NCBI GenBank assembly: GCA_028534125.1 | Contig: CM052832.1 | Span: 7,442,001 to 7,506,000, forward strand | Reading direction: 5' to 3' | DNA: 64,000 bases | From: Lama glama | Taxonomy: Eukaryota | In this document: positions 40,965 through 53,118 of the stretch, piece by piece | How the letters are laid out: the number at the start of each line of letters is the position of its first letter | Numbering within the stretch: the stretch's first letter is position 1 | Notes under the pieces: generated by a model | What the model was told of the DNA's origin: nothing | What the model saw: only the letters and a program-made list of their open reading frames with translations | Database searches by the model: none | Position numbers and translations under genes: made by a program

Positions 40965-41410
40965 TTTTTATTGTGGTAAAATAGATACAATGTAAAATTT
41001 GCCGTCTTAGCCATTTTTAAGTGTACAGCTTGGTGGCATTAATTCTGTTCACAGTGTTGTGCAACCATCTCCATTATCTGTTTTCAAAACTTTTTGGTTG
41101 TTAATTAATAGACTTTTGGGGGAACTGTTTTTAGGTTTATAGGAAAACAAGTGTAAAGTACAGAGTTCTCACATCCCCCTGCCCCCCCACCCCCGTTGTT
41201 AGCATCTTGCATTAGTGTGGAGCCTTTGTTACAGCTCGTGATGTTACATAGTTATTCTGTAGGTTTTGACAAATGTGTAGTAACATGTGTCCACCTTTAC
41301 AGTGTCAGACAGGGTAGTTTCACTGTCCTGAGTGTCCCCTGTGCTCTACTAGGTCATCCTTCCCCTCCCCTCCCCCACAACTCCTAGCACCACTTACCGT
41401 TTTACTATAC
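40965..41410 (-). mobile_element. Two abutting L1 3'-end fragments (L1MB-like, then L1MC-like)
   Basis: ttattgtggtaaaatagatacaatgtaaaatttgcc...; then ttttaggtttatagg...gtacagagttctcacat...gttttgacaaatgtg. Confidence 0.75.
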
Positions 41411-42629
41411 CTACTTCAGTATCCTAAAATATCCATATTTTTTTTAAAGTTAGTTTGTCGAAACATTTGGAGACTGTAATTCAGTTTCAGAACATTAGGA
41501 AGGTGAAATATAATTAAAAACCATTTTTATAAATGCTCATTTTAAATAGAGCCAGTTACTACAAACCATTTATGTGTTCTCTTAGAGGATTTTGCAAAGG
41601 TGGTATTTTGATTTAAAGGGAAAGCCAATTTAAGCAGTTAGCATTATGCACCATTATGGCAGTTTATGTTCATGTTTGCTCAGCTTTCCACTTACTCACC
41701 TCACTTTTTATTCCCAGCGGTTCTTAAAATGCCTCATGGTCTATGTCTTCTTATGTTTGGAGCATATATTACAGATAAGCAAGAAAGGGGTCAGACTCTT
41801 TGAGATCGTATACTTAAATACCTTTAGTTATAAAGGAGGAACCAAACTCCAAAGATGTAAAAGTTCAATTTCCTATTTTCTTCCTTTGAAGAAAAGCAAA
41901 ACCCACCCTGTATTAGACTCTTATTTTGTGCCTGTAATATGTCTTCATATATTTTGTGTATTGATAAACTTGAGGATTGGAGGAATGGGTAATCTTATCC
42001 ACATTGACACAAAGTTCATGATAGATTAAAACTGAACTCTCAACGACTGACCAGTGCTTCTGCCAGGAAGGACTGCACGTTGAAGCTCCTCTTCAGACTT
42101 CTTCACTTTTTAATGTTGAAGCCCAGTTGCTGAAGTGGTCTAGAAGGAAGAATCAGAATCCAATGGACCGAATTTATCCCTGAGTGTCATAGTATGATAC
42201 AGATGTTCTCTTTTGTAGTAAATTGTGACGACGTGGGAGGCCCAAGGGTAAAAAGGTAGAAGCAGTGCGGTGAATAGAACAGTAGAGAGTGCAGTGTGGC
42301 TACAGCTGTGACAGAAGTGCGGCAAGACATCAGAGGTGGCTTCCCTTCAAAAGCAGACAGCTAAGCTGAATTTTCTGTTGGCATCATGAAAGGGTTGTTA
42401 ATGTCTTTGAAGTATCTATCTGTAGGACTTTTGAAATATGTTTGTGGTCCTTTCTGGCTCTATGCTGACAGCAGTCCTCCTCAGCCTCCTAAGATTTTGT
42501 GCCCTAGTTGAGAAAGGTTGGCTTACACTTGTTGGTTTAGAACCGTTGAAAAAGAATCAAACTTTTATTTGTGCTGCAAGTGAGAGATGTTCGTGATGGT
42601 GACATTTAATGACAAATTGCTTGTTTTGT

Positions 42630-42830
42630 GATGGTAAGAGCTCAGCTCTAGAATTAAGGAGAACCAATTTGATTGAATCTGGATCCTGCAATTATGTGAC
42701 CATGAATAACGTCGATAATCTTTGTAAAACAGGGGCACTGATCTTTTGTGGATTAGATGAGATTATGCTTATAAAGCTCTCAGCTGAGTGCTTGGCATAT
42801 ACTGAGTACTGAGTTAGCTACTTTTATTAA
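42630..42830 (+). mobile_element. MIR SINE, degraded
   Basis: ggtaagagctcagctcta...tgtgaccatg...tgcttggcatatactgagtact. Confidence 0.6.
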
Positions 42831-43854
42831 TAAATAAGCCTTACCTAACTGTTTGTAATTACAAAAATATGGTAGTACCTGTTAGTCTGGTGCTAAGCTT
42901 GTGCTTAAAATAGTTGGGAAAATGTTTTATTTAAGTTTAGGTAGACTTAAAATAATATTTCCAGTAGTAACCATAAATTTGAACATGTGTGAAGAAATAA
43001 GAATTAAGAGCAGTCCTATTTAGGTAAATAGATATTAAACAGTGTTTTTCTAAGAAAACCACAAAGAATTTACCCATAGAGTTCTTCAGTGTGTAGCATC
43101 AGAATGTTTAACATGTGATTGTGTGTACCCTCTTCCATACTTGGAAATCTATGTGCTTTGTGTAAATTTTTGCTTCATCACATTTTTGGACCAAGAAGTT
43201 TTTGATAAACTTCTTGTTTCATTAATAATTTAGGTAGCTTCGTTTATCAGTGTTGAAGGATTCCCAGTACAGTTGCTCAACAACTAAACTATTTTGGCTT
43301 CAGAGTTCTTTTTTCTTTTTTCGAATATATTGGGTCCATTGTTAATCAAAAGAAAGTTGTGATTCCTGGCTCAAAGGAATTTAAAATCTGAGGTGGAGAA
43401 GACTGATACAAATATATACAGGGTAACTTAAGGACAACATTTTGACATGATAAAAATAAATAAATGACCAGATTCTGTTGGAATCCCAACCCATCACTTT
43501 TAACAAAAGCAAGTGGAATTTTTGTAAATGCCTTACTAGGAGAGGATGATTTCAAAGAGTTTTCTACAGTTTATAACAGCAATGTGTTGGTCTTACCTTA
43601 GATTGTGATCTTACTTTTATCAATCTTAAAGTGACTCACTGTTCAAGTTGGGCACACTGGTTTGAAAGGTCCTCTTCAGTTATAAGCCGTAAAAATGCCA
43701 TGGTGGTTTGGGGTTTTGATTAAAAATAGAGTGTGCTGATTTCTGCGTAGGCATGCTTGCCATATTTGTTTACATTTATTCAGTGTTGGTATTGCTTTTA
43801 TTTCTAGCAAATATTTCTAAAGTGTATTTTTGTCTTGTTTGTGTTACAAAACAG

Positions 43855-43935
43855 AAAAAGCAAAACTAAAGGTGTAAATTCATACACATTTTATAACGTG
43901 TTAAATAAGGTATTTGTTTTTGCAAATAACATGAG
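43855..43935 (+). other. Candidate exon or alternative first exon of the unidentified host gene
   Basis: Consensus donor ATGAG|gtaagt; 81-nt open frame from acag| at 43854; product not recognised. Confidence 0.25.
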
Positions 43936-44076
43936 GTAAGTTGCCCTTTTTTTGTCTCTTTCTGTACTTCTGATAAAGCCCTGTGATTACTTAAAATTTG
44001 CTGCAGTTTTGATCATCTTAATGCTGATGCTTAAAACTAATATAGGCACAAAAGAGGAATACTTTTTAGAAATTTA

Positions 44077-45651
44077 TTTTTTTATCCCTCTTTACCTCCT
44101 GGTAACTGTAAGTTTGTTTTCTTTGTCTGTGAGTCTGTCTCTGTTTTGTAAATAAGTTCATTTGTGTCCCCCCCCCGCCTTTTTTTTTTTTTAAGGATTT
44201 CACATATAAGTGATCATAATTTAGTATTTTTCTTTCTCTTTCTGGATTAGTTCACTTAGTATGACAATCTCCAAGTCCATCCATGTTACTGCAAATGGCA
44301 TTATTTTATTCTTTTTTATGGATGAATAGTATTCCATTGTATAAATATACCACAACTTCTTTATCCAGTCATCTGTCAGTGGACACTTAGGTTATTTCTA
44401 TGTCTTGGGTATTGAAACTAGTGCTGCTATGAACATTGGGGTGCATCCATCTTTTCAAATTAGAGTTTCCTTCAGATATATGCCTGGGAGTGGTATTGCT
44501 GGATTCTAGGGATAAGTCTATTTTCAGTTTTGGAAGGAGACTCCATACCATTTTCCATAATGGCTGCACCAAATTACATTCCCACCAAAGGTGTAGGAGG
44601 ATTCCCTTTTCTCCATACCCTCTACCATTTATCATTTGTGGACATTTTAATTATGACCACCTTGACCAATGTGAGGTGATACTTCATTGTAATTTTGATT
44701 TGCATTTCTCTAATAATTAGCGATATTGGGCATTTTTTAATTTGTCTATTGGCCATTCATATGTCTTCATTAGAGAAATGTTTGTTTAGATCTTCTGCCC
44801 ATTTTTGAATTGGGTTGTTTGTTTTTTGTTACTGAGTTGTATGAGCTGTTTGTATATTCTGGAAATTAAGCCCTTGTCAGTTGCATAATTTGCAAATATG
44901 TTCTCCCATTCTATAGATTGTCTTTTTATTTTGTTTATAGTTTATTTTGTTGTGTAAAAGCTTGTAAGTTTAATCAGGTGCTTTTATTTTTATTGCCTTG
45001 ATAGACTGTCCTCAGAAAACATTTCTGATTTATATCAGGATGTTTTGCCTGTGTTCTCTTCTAGGAGGTTTACGGTATCTTGTCTTATGTTTACGTCTTT
45101 AAGCCATTTTGAGTTTATTTTTGTGTATGGTGTGAGGGAGTGTTCTAACTTCATTGATTTACATGTGGCTGTCCAGCTTTCCTAGCACCATTCATGAGAG
45201 ACTATCTCTTGCCCATTGTATATTCTTGCCCCTTTGTTGAAGATTAACTAACCATAGGTTTATTTCTGGGCGCTCTGTTATGTTCCATTGATCCATATGT
45301 CTGTTTTTGTGCCAGTATCACGCAGTTTTGATTACTGTAGCTCTGTAGTATTGTCTGAAGTCTGGGAAGTTTATTCCTCCAGTTTCATTCTTTTTTTTTC
45401 AGTACTGCTTTAGCAATTCTGGGTTTTGTGATTCCATGTAAATTTTAGGATTATTTGTTCTAGCTCTGTGAAAAATATTCTGGGTGATTTGATAGGGGTG
45501 ACATTAAATCTGTAGTTGCTTTGGGTAGTATGGCCATTTTAACAATATTCTTCCAACCCAAGAGCATACACTGTCTTTCTATTTCTTTAAATCATATTTA
45601 ATTTCCTTTTTATAGTTCTCTGTGTGTCTTTCACCTCCTTGGTGAGGTTTA
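44077..45651 (-). mobile_element. Artiodactyl-type L1 (ORF2 C-terminus plus partial 3'UTR) with TSD
   Basis: [33 protein letters not shown]; 13-bp TSD ttttagaaattta at 44064-44076 and 45652-45664. Confidence 0.93.
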
Positions 45652-47983
45652 TTTTAGAAATTTAGAATAGTTATTATACACTTGAAGTATTCTGCTAGAG
45701 ATGATAATACTCAAGATTTTTAATCAGTCCATTCAGATATGACAAGAGTGGGCTACTATGGTGTCTTTGAGATTTGAAGCAAATGTGTAAAGAGCCTATT
45801 ATTGGTGGTCCTCATTGGTCAGAGACAGAGACTTTTATGGATTTGCTTCCAAATGAAAATTTAAAAACACCAGCAGCTAACATGTATGTAATCGTTTGCT
45901 ATGTATAAAGCCTTATTTGTGCAGGATGTCCTCTTGATCCTACTATCAATTTGATGAAGGCGTATTATTATCTTAGCTTAACTTACTTGCCCATGATCAT
46001 AACATCTAGTAAGTGACACCACCAAGATGCTAGGCTCTGCATTTCTTTTTCTACATTGCCCAGGGACATGTCTTGATTTTAAAATCAATCTTAATGAATA
46101 TTGGAATCAGAATATGTTAGAAATATTTTATATGCTCTTCCATTGCATTTTGGAAACAAAATTAACAAAAGGTTCCCCAATGTTCTTGTGTTGCTAGTCA
46201 GAAATGACAACTGTTGAGGTGCTGGGGAAGTGAAATGGACTTGAAAGTAATTACAAGATCCAGGTTAAGTAAAAGAAAATTATATATACATTCTGAACAC
46301 AGAACCAAGTGAGAATTTGAGATTCAGCATTTTAAAGGAAAAAAACAAAAAGAAAGCTAACCAGAACACCAGTTTTCAGGGTAATGATGCTGTACTAATG
46401 TGCCTGTTTTTAAAGGTACTGATGATGTACTAATACATCGTTTAAGGATTATGATAAACTGCACAGATGTGCTTTAATTCCCTTAAACAGAAATTCCTTG
46501 AGCTCATTTCACCTACAAGGGATTTGTGGACTTAGTCAACAGTCAACGAATATAAACATTTCACTTGAGTAGAGAGGCAGAAAGGTTTTTCTGTAGGAAA
46601 AAGGGGGGAAATGCTCTACATACAAAGACTGAGGAAAATTTCATATGCTGTGATTTTGTTCTAATCAGAAAAAAATTTCAGGACACACGAGGTTCTACCT
46701 GATGTCTTCCGTTGCTGTTAATTCCATAAAACGCACATTTGTGCTCAGTGTAGGACCAGTCTTACAGAACTGTTCAAAAATGATTTTTTTCTTCTTCTAT
46801 CAGCCCCCAGAATATTGATTACGTCTACATAGCTGATACAAGTATTGCCAGTGTGCCCTTTAAAAGGTTAAAGTTCCTCTCTAGAAGTCTACCAAGAGTT
46901 GTTTTCCAAATCATAGCCTTTCCTAAACCAAAGTGAGGCAACTGGTAGTACCGCCTGTGTTGAAAGATAGGATGGGAGACATCGCAGCAGGCTGCAGGGG
47001 CCAGTTTCCTATTCCCACCGCCTGGGGTTCTGCCCTGGGGAATCTGTTTTGAGTTGCCAGACTCAAAGTGAATAATTGTATTTAGCATCTTCGTATACTG
47101 GCGTGAAGCTTAACTTTGTAAATTAAACATAAATTACATTTCAGGCCATTTATCCTTCTTAAATGATTTTTTGGTCACATTTTTATATACTTTGACTGCA
47201 GTTCTTGAAATACAAGGATGAGTCTTATTTACTGTAGAAATATAGAGATTTTTAAAATATTATTGTTCTGGCTGGAAAACATTAAAACTGCATTTTACAG
47301 AATGAGTGTGCTAGAGTTAGAAACTGAGATCACTGACCAGGGAGCCACAGTGCAATAATCTGAAGAACTTTTCCACAAATTTCCCCAGATCATTTTATTA
47401 GGTGGTTTTGAGGTGGCTCCCATACATGGCACAATTAGATAAGGCTTCTGTGGAGATGATTCTGATCCACACTCGTGGTTAAGAGCTACATAAGTCCAGT
47501 GCTTTCCTGTTTCCAGCAAGGCCAAAGACATGAACTGGTTTGTCCAGAGACTGTGGATGGCAGAGCCCAGAATAGATTCCAGTCTCCTGCCTCAAGTCTC
47601 GAGTTTTTTTTTTTTCCCACTTTATCAAAGTCACTTCCCAATTTGGATGTTTACACTAATACTGGAAAACCCTCTTTTCTTTCCTGTTTCAAACTTGTGA
47701 GATGGTGGTCATGTGAAATGCTTAAAGATTCTGGCTCCAACATCAAACTTTAGATAGGGACTGAAGATAGGGTAACTTTTTTTAACCTCTGAGCAATGTG
47801 TTTCATAGTTTTTTCATTGTAAGAACTCAGTAAGTGCTTATTAAATCGGTAGTGATTCATTTAATTAGTTATTTAAAAGGTATCATTTGGAGTAATGTTA
47901 CATCACGTTCAACACACACTTGGTTCATGGCCAGCGTTCAGGAATATTTATTGGATAAAAGTCAGTCTTGAGGGAGTCTTTAC

Positions 47984-48070
47984 AATTTTAGATATAAATA
48001 TCCTTTTCCATAATTTTAGATATAAATATCCTTTTATTTTAGATGTAAATACATATATAAATATAAATAC
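47984..48070. repeat. Short degenerate tandem repeat (attttagatataaatatcctttt, ~3 copies)
   Basis: Directly visible direct repeats. Confidence 0.75.
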
Positions 48071-48121
48071 CCTAATTTCTGCATAATTTAGAGTAGTTTT
48101 TATAATTTAGAATGATTTTTG

Positions 48122-48320
48122 AGGGGGAGAATATGGCTCAAATGCTAGAGCACATGCTTAGCATTCACAAGGTCCTGGGTTCAATCCCCAGTACCTCCAT
48201 TTAAAAAAAATTAAATAAACCTAGTTACCTCCCCACACCAATAAATAAATAAATGAATAAAGAAATAAACCTAATTACCTCTCCCTTCAAAAAATAAATT
48301 AAATAAATTTTAAAAAACTA
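48122..48320 (+). mobile_element. Camelid tRNA-derived SINE with duplicated tail module
   Basis: tggctcaaatgctagag...ggtcctgggttcaatccccagtacctccatt; two aaataaaccta(g/a)ttacctc modules. Confidence 0.9.
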
Positions 48321-48451
48321 GAGGAGATTATAGCTCAGTGGTAGAGCACATGCTTAACATGCACGAGGTCCTGGGTTCAATCCCCTGTACCTCCATTTAA
48401 AAAAAAATAAATAAACAAACCTAATTACTTCCCCCCACTGGCAAAAAAAAA
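48321..48451 (+). mobile_element. Camelid tRNA-derived SINE, second copy in tandem
   Basis: tatagctcagtggtagagcacatgcttaacatgcacgaggtcctgggttcaatcccc. Confidence 0.92.
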
Positions 48452-48889
48452 GATTTCTTATCTTCCCAGAATAATTATTTTGTTTTGCTTTTTATGTAAT
48501 AGTAGCATAGTTGTTGCTTCTGAAAATAAGATCACATTTGAGTAGTTACAAGACTTCTGTTAGATCAGATTACATCTCTACCTTGGGCTTCATTTTTCTC
48601 CATCTGTAAATGAGCAAATTAGGCTAGATTTCAGCTCTCAAATTATTTAAATGTATCTTATTGGCTCTGTTCCTATGTATATGTATAAAGATACATCCTT
48701 TTGTCTCTGTTCTCTAGAGAACACTGGCTGATAGAATCTGTCCTTTTTGTGAAAAGTGTAATTAATTAGATGGTAATGCTAAGCACTTTGACGAAGGAAA
48801 ACAGGAGCTCGAAAATGGGAAGTACCATTTCAAATGGAGTAGTCAGGGTGAGATGTAGGAATATCTTAGGGGTAGAGCGAAATGTATGT

Positions 48890-49345
48890 TTCTAACAGCT
48901 TCACTGGTAATTAGTCAAAACTGGAAACAGTTCAATGTCCATCAGTTGGTAAACAAATAAACAACCTATGGTACCTGTATACAGTGGAATACTAGGCAGC
49001 AATAAATAGCAACAAATTATTGATGACCATGACATGAATATATCTCAGAAGCATTATGCTACATGAAAAAAGTCAGCCATCAAAGAATATATACTGTATA
49101 ATTTTATTACTGTAGCATTCTAGAAAAGGCAAAAAGTATAGGAACAGAGAACAGATCAGTGGTCAGCAGAGATGGGGGCAAGAATTTTCTATAAAGGGTG
49201 TAAAGAAACTTTCAGGGGTGATAGAAATGTTTTCTATCTTGACTCTGGTGACATTTATACATCTGTATTCATTTTGTCAAAACTCAAACTATATATTCAC
49301 TAAGTCTGGCTTAAAAAATTCTTTGTACATTACATAATATGAAGT
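48890..49345 (+). mobile_element. L1MB/L1ME-like 3' end
   Basis: aaaactggaaacag..aatgtccatcag...cagtggaatacta...gaacagatcagtgg...gatagaaatgttttctatcttgac. Confidence 0.85.
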
Positions 49346-50131
49346 AAACCTGATGCCCACTGACCATATGCCATTTCTGTTTAGACTTTCTATTGTCCTT
49401 GGAGAAAGAAGTACCTCGGTTCCAGTTTGAAAAGCATGAGGCTGAGAACATTCTCACAGTTGATCATGCTAGTTATGACAGTTAATTTACGAACAATTTC
49501 AGCTGTAACACAGTACTTACTAGCATGAATTGTGGCAGTCCTAGAAAGCAGTAGTTTCTTGAGGAACACAGGTGAACAGGGCTCCAATCATAGACTAAAA
49601 CCAAAAGACATCATTAATACTGTGATCAGGGATGCAGATTCATGTGGCATGAGGAGGGAACTTTAATTTGCCAGCATTGGAATCAAGACCAGAGTCAGGC
49701 TACTGCCATGTTTCATTAAAAGTTCAGTAAATACTTCTCTCAGTGTTTTCATCATCTTCTACGTTTTCCTTATTCCAGCCAGAAAGGAAAAAAATCAGCC
49801 AAAATCACCAACCTCTTCCTTCCTAGGATTTTTAATTAGATGCCAAAATCCCTAAAGTAATAAATATTGAGTCTAACCAAATGATGCAGATGATGAAGAC
49901 TTAAAAAATATAAAGCAGCTAATTTAGCACAGGAGCAAAGATTAGTAAACCAAGATTCACCAAGGCTTCCCCCCTTTATTGGCCACACTACCAAAACTTA
50001 CCCTTCAGAATTTCTTAACAGGACTGCACCCGAGTCATTCAAACAGAGTTACAGATTCTAGAAGCTTTGCAGGGAAGACAAATGCTTAGTTATCACTTAA
50101 CAAGCCCTTTGGGAGTAATGGAGCCAGATGT

Positions 50132-50156
50132 AAAGGTCAAAGGGAAATTCCAAGAA
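50132..50156 (+). promoter_or_regulatory. Candidate enhancer core: NBRE, NF-kB and STAT (GAS) motifs
   Basis: AAAGGTCA 50132-50139, GGGAAATTCC 50142-50151, TTCCAAGAA 50148-50156; motif match only. Confidence 0.35.
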
Positions 50157-50424
50157 AGCGTCAGACTTTGGTGTACCTAAAATACACACTCTTTGTTGTC
50201 ATCACTTCTTTCCCTCTTTGTTCTCGCCATCGCATTAGGTTAAAGGTGGAAAGAAAGTAATGACTTTGGTTAGACTTTAGAGTGCCTGCAACTCCTATTC
50301 ATTCAAAGCTTTTAACTCATTTGGAGACTCCTGCTTAGGCGTGGTTTTAAGCGCTATGGCTGTATCTAATCAGAGAGCCTAATATACTCCTGGCAATTCA
50401 AATGTAAAGCTGTTTTTAACCATT

Positions 50425-52265
50425 TGGCTACCCTGTTGGGGAAATACCTAGGAGTGGAATTGCTTGGTTAAATATAGTATGTGTTTAACTGTATAGAAAA
50501 CTGCCAACATATTTTCCAAATGGTCATGCAACTTTCCTTTCCCACCAGCAGTACCTAAGAGTTTAGTTACTTCACATCCTTGCCAGTGCTTGCTATTGTG
50601 TCTTTTAAATTCTGGCCATTCTCGTGGGTATGTAAGTGTGGTTTTAATTTGCATTTCCCTAATGACTAATGATGATACCATCCTTTCATGTGCTTATTAG
50701 CCATTTGAATATCTTTTTTGGTGAAGTATCTGTTCAAATGCTTTGCTGAGTTTTTATTGGTTTTCTTTGTGTGTGTGTGTTGCAGGGGTGGTATTTTTAT
50801 TATTGAGTTGTGAGATTTCTTCATATATTGAAGATAGAAGTGTTTTATCAGGTATGTCTTTTACATATATTTTCCCTCAGTATGTGACTTGTTTCTTCTT
50901 CTGACCTTCCATTTTTATGTATGTGAAACCGTTAGACTATCCCACTGCTCTTGGGTCGTCTTCTCTTTCATTCATTTTTTTCCGCTTTGTGTTCCGGCTT
51001 GGATAATTTCTGTTTACCTGCTCAAACTTCCTGATTCTTCCCTTAGCTGTGTTTTTACTGCCAATAAACCCAACTAAGGAATTAATCTGTGATATTCTAT
51101 TTTTTATTTTTAGCTCTTTTTGACTTTTTTTTTTGTAGGTTCCATCTCTCTGCTGCTGTTCCCCATCTGTTCATGCATGTTGTGCCCTTTCCACTAGATC
51201 CTTTAACATATTGCTAATAGTTATTTTAAAGTTCCTATGTAATATTTCCTACAGCCGGATCCTCTCTGATCCTGGATCTATTGACCACTTGTCTTTTGAT
51301 AATTTATGGTATTTTAGTTGCCTTTGTTGTATGTTTCACAATTGTTATTGAATGCTATATACTCTTTGTAGAGGAACAGTCTATGTTTGGATGAATAGTA
51401 TTTATTCCTGGAAATGGGCATGCCTCTGCTTCTGTTAAACTTGGGTAGTTGAGTCAGCCAGCAGTTGAACTGCGTTTGGATCTTCTTGTTGCTCTGTCAC
51501 CTTTAGTGCAGCAGACTTGGATTTCCTTCAGTGGGAGCTCATGTTACCTGTGCTTGGTTTGGGGTCTGTGGTACTGGTGGGTTTTTCTCAGTGTCCTTCT
51601 CTTTCAGGACAGCTGTCAACAGTTCCTGTGTGCCTGCCTCACAGCGGGGGAGTCTCTCTGTGCTCTTGCCCCCCACCCCCCAGCAGTAGAATGCTCCTTC
51701 TTGTTACTGGATGTGGGGCTTGTGGTGGGGACAGGGTGGACATTTCTCAATTCTTCTTGTGCAGCCTTAATCTTAGGTGGGCCCTGTGCACGTGGGCCTG
51801 GGGGTGTGGCCTTCTCTGGATCCTGCTCACCCCCCTTGTGGAGTCAGGCTTTGCTTCGTATCCGTGAGGTACTGGGCCCAGGAGGGTTTTCTGCTTCTCC
51901 CTAGTAGTGTGAGCTTCTGTTTGGTGTAAGGTAATGGTCTGAGGATGTGCACGGGGTTTTGTACATGTGCCAGTGGTCCCATGCTCACCCTTTAAAATGT
52001 ATTAAAATTGTACCTGTTTTCTTCTCGCCTACCTCTTTCTCTAGTGCCCTGTCAGTGGCGAGACAGTGTGTACATCCCGTCTCTCCTGAGAGGCTTTTAC
52101 TGCTCTCTGCAGTGCATTTACCTTGTGTGGTGGCTCGTGACCTCAGCTCTCTGATGGGCGCAAGGAAAGTTACGATTTTGTAGATTATCTGGAGTTTCCT
52201 CATTCCTACGTTTCAGGCAGCAGTCTCCTGTGGTTCTCTATATCCTAAAGTAGAAGCAGAACACC
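50425..52265 (-). mobile_element. Old L1: ORF2 C-terminal piece joined to a 5'-end region
   Basis: [13 protein letters not shown] at 50448-50681; then L1M 5'-like sequence (gttattttaaagttcct...ctctctgatggg..caaggaaagttacgattttgtag). Confidence 0.72.
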
Positions 52266-52609
52266 ACAATAATTTTTATAGATTGGGATGAGTTTTTATG
52301 ATAAAATATGAATCTGCAAAGAATCTGTTTATGGCAAGCTGTTTGGTGGTGCATGCCTCAAATCGTCTGACACACTTACTCCTTTTCCCTGACATTGGGG
52401 GAACTTTTGTGGAAAGTTTGAGAAGTACTGAATCTTAGGCCAAGCAAAAAAAAAAAGGCAGACAAATTCAGCTCAAAGCATTGGTTAGTCACCGGTGACA
52501 TACACACTTGTAGGTTGGCCACTGGTTTCCAGGTCCCTCCTGTGTCTCCCTCAATAGGGAGGTGGCTGGAAAAGGTAAATAAGTTGATTTTTTGTTATTA
52601 ACGAAAAGT

Positions 52610-53118
52610 AGACTGTATAAAGTTGCTAGACACTGGACCATTGCTCCTAGGGGAAATGTGCGTACCCCCCTACCCCCGCCACATCACACCCCACACAGGC
52701 TGTAATCTTAAATCCTAAAAACAACTCATCTTAGTAGATTACTTTTTCTTTATTTTATAAAAGAGAAAATGAGGTTCAGAGTGTTAACTCACTTGCTTGA
52801 GGCTTCACCACTGACAGGTCCCCGAATTAAGAGTCAAACCCCATCCACCTGGCCCAAGAGTAGGGGCTTCTTGCACTACGTTCCTCTGCCCCTGCGTCCC
52901 CACCCTCTGGTCACCTCAGTGTGAGAGCAGAAAAGAGAAGGCAGTGTCACCTTGTTAGACCTCAGTTGGGAGTTCATGTTTCGGCAACTCAAATTTTTCT
53001 GCACTTGTTCGTGAATAATTGTGAATATACCGCAAGTATCGATTTTGAGGTTGTAAACAGATTTTAGTGAGTAGATGAATTTGCAGATACAGAATCCATA
53101 AATTAGGAAGATCAACTG
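52610..53118. mobile_element. TcMar-Tigger non-autonomous element containing a MIR-like segment
   Basis: Tigger-type terminus gaatttgcagatacagaatccataaattaggaagatcaactg; ccattgctcctagggga; MIR-like 52740-52880. Confidence 0.65.

Noticed and set aside
46804..46935. Acceptor plus PQNIDYVYIADTSIASVPFK frame
   Set aside because: Poor donor (gttaaa) and no recognisable homology
48325..48400. tRNA gene (A and B boxes present)
   Set aside because: Multi-copy, A-rich tails and TSDs on sibling copies: tRNA-derived SINE
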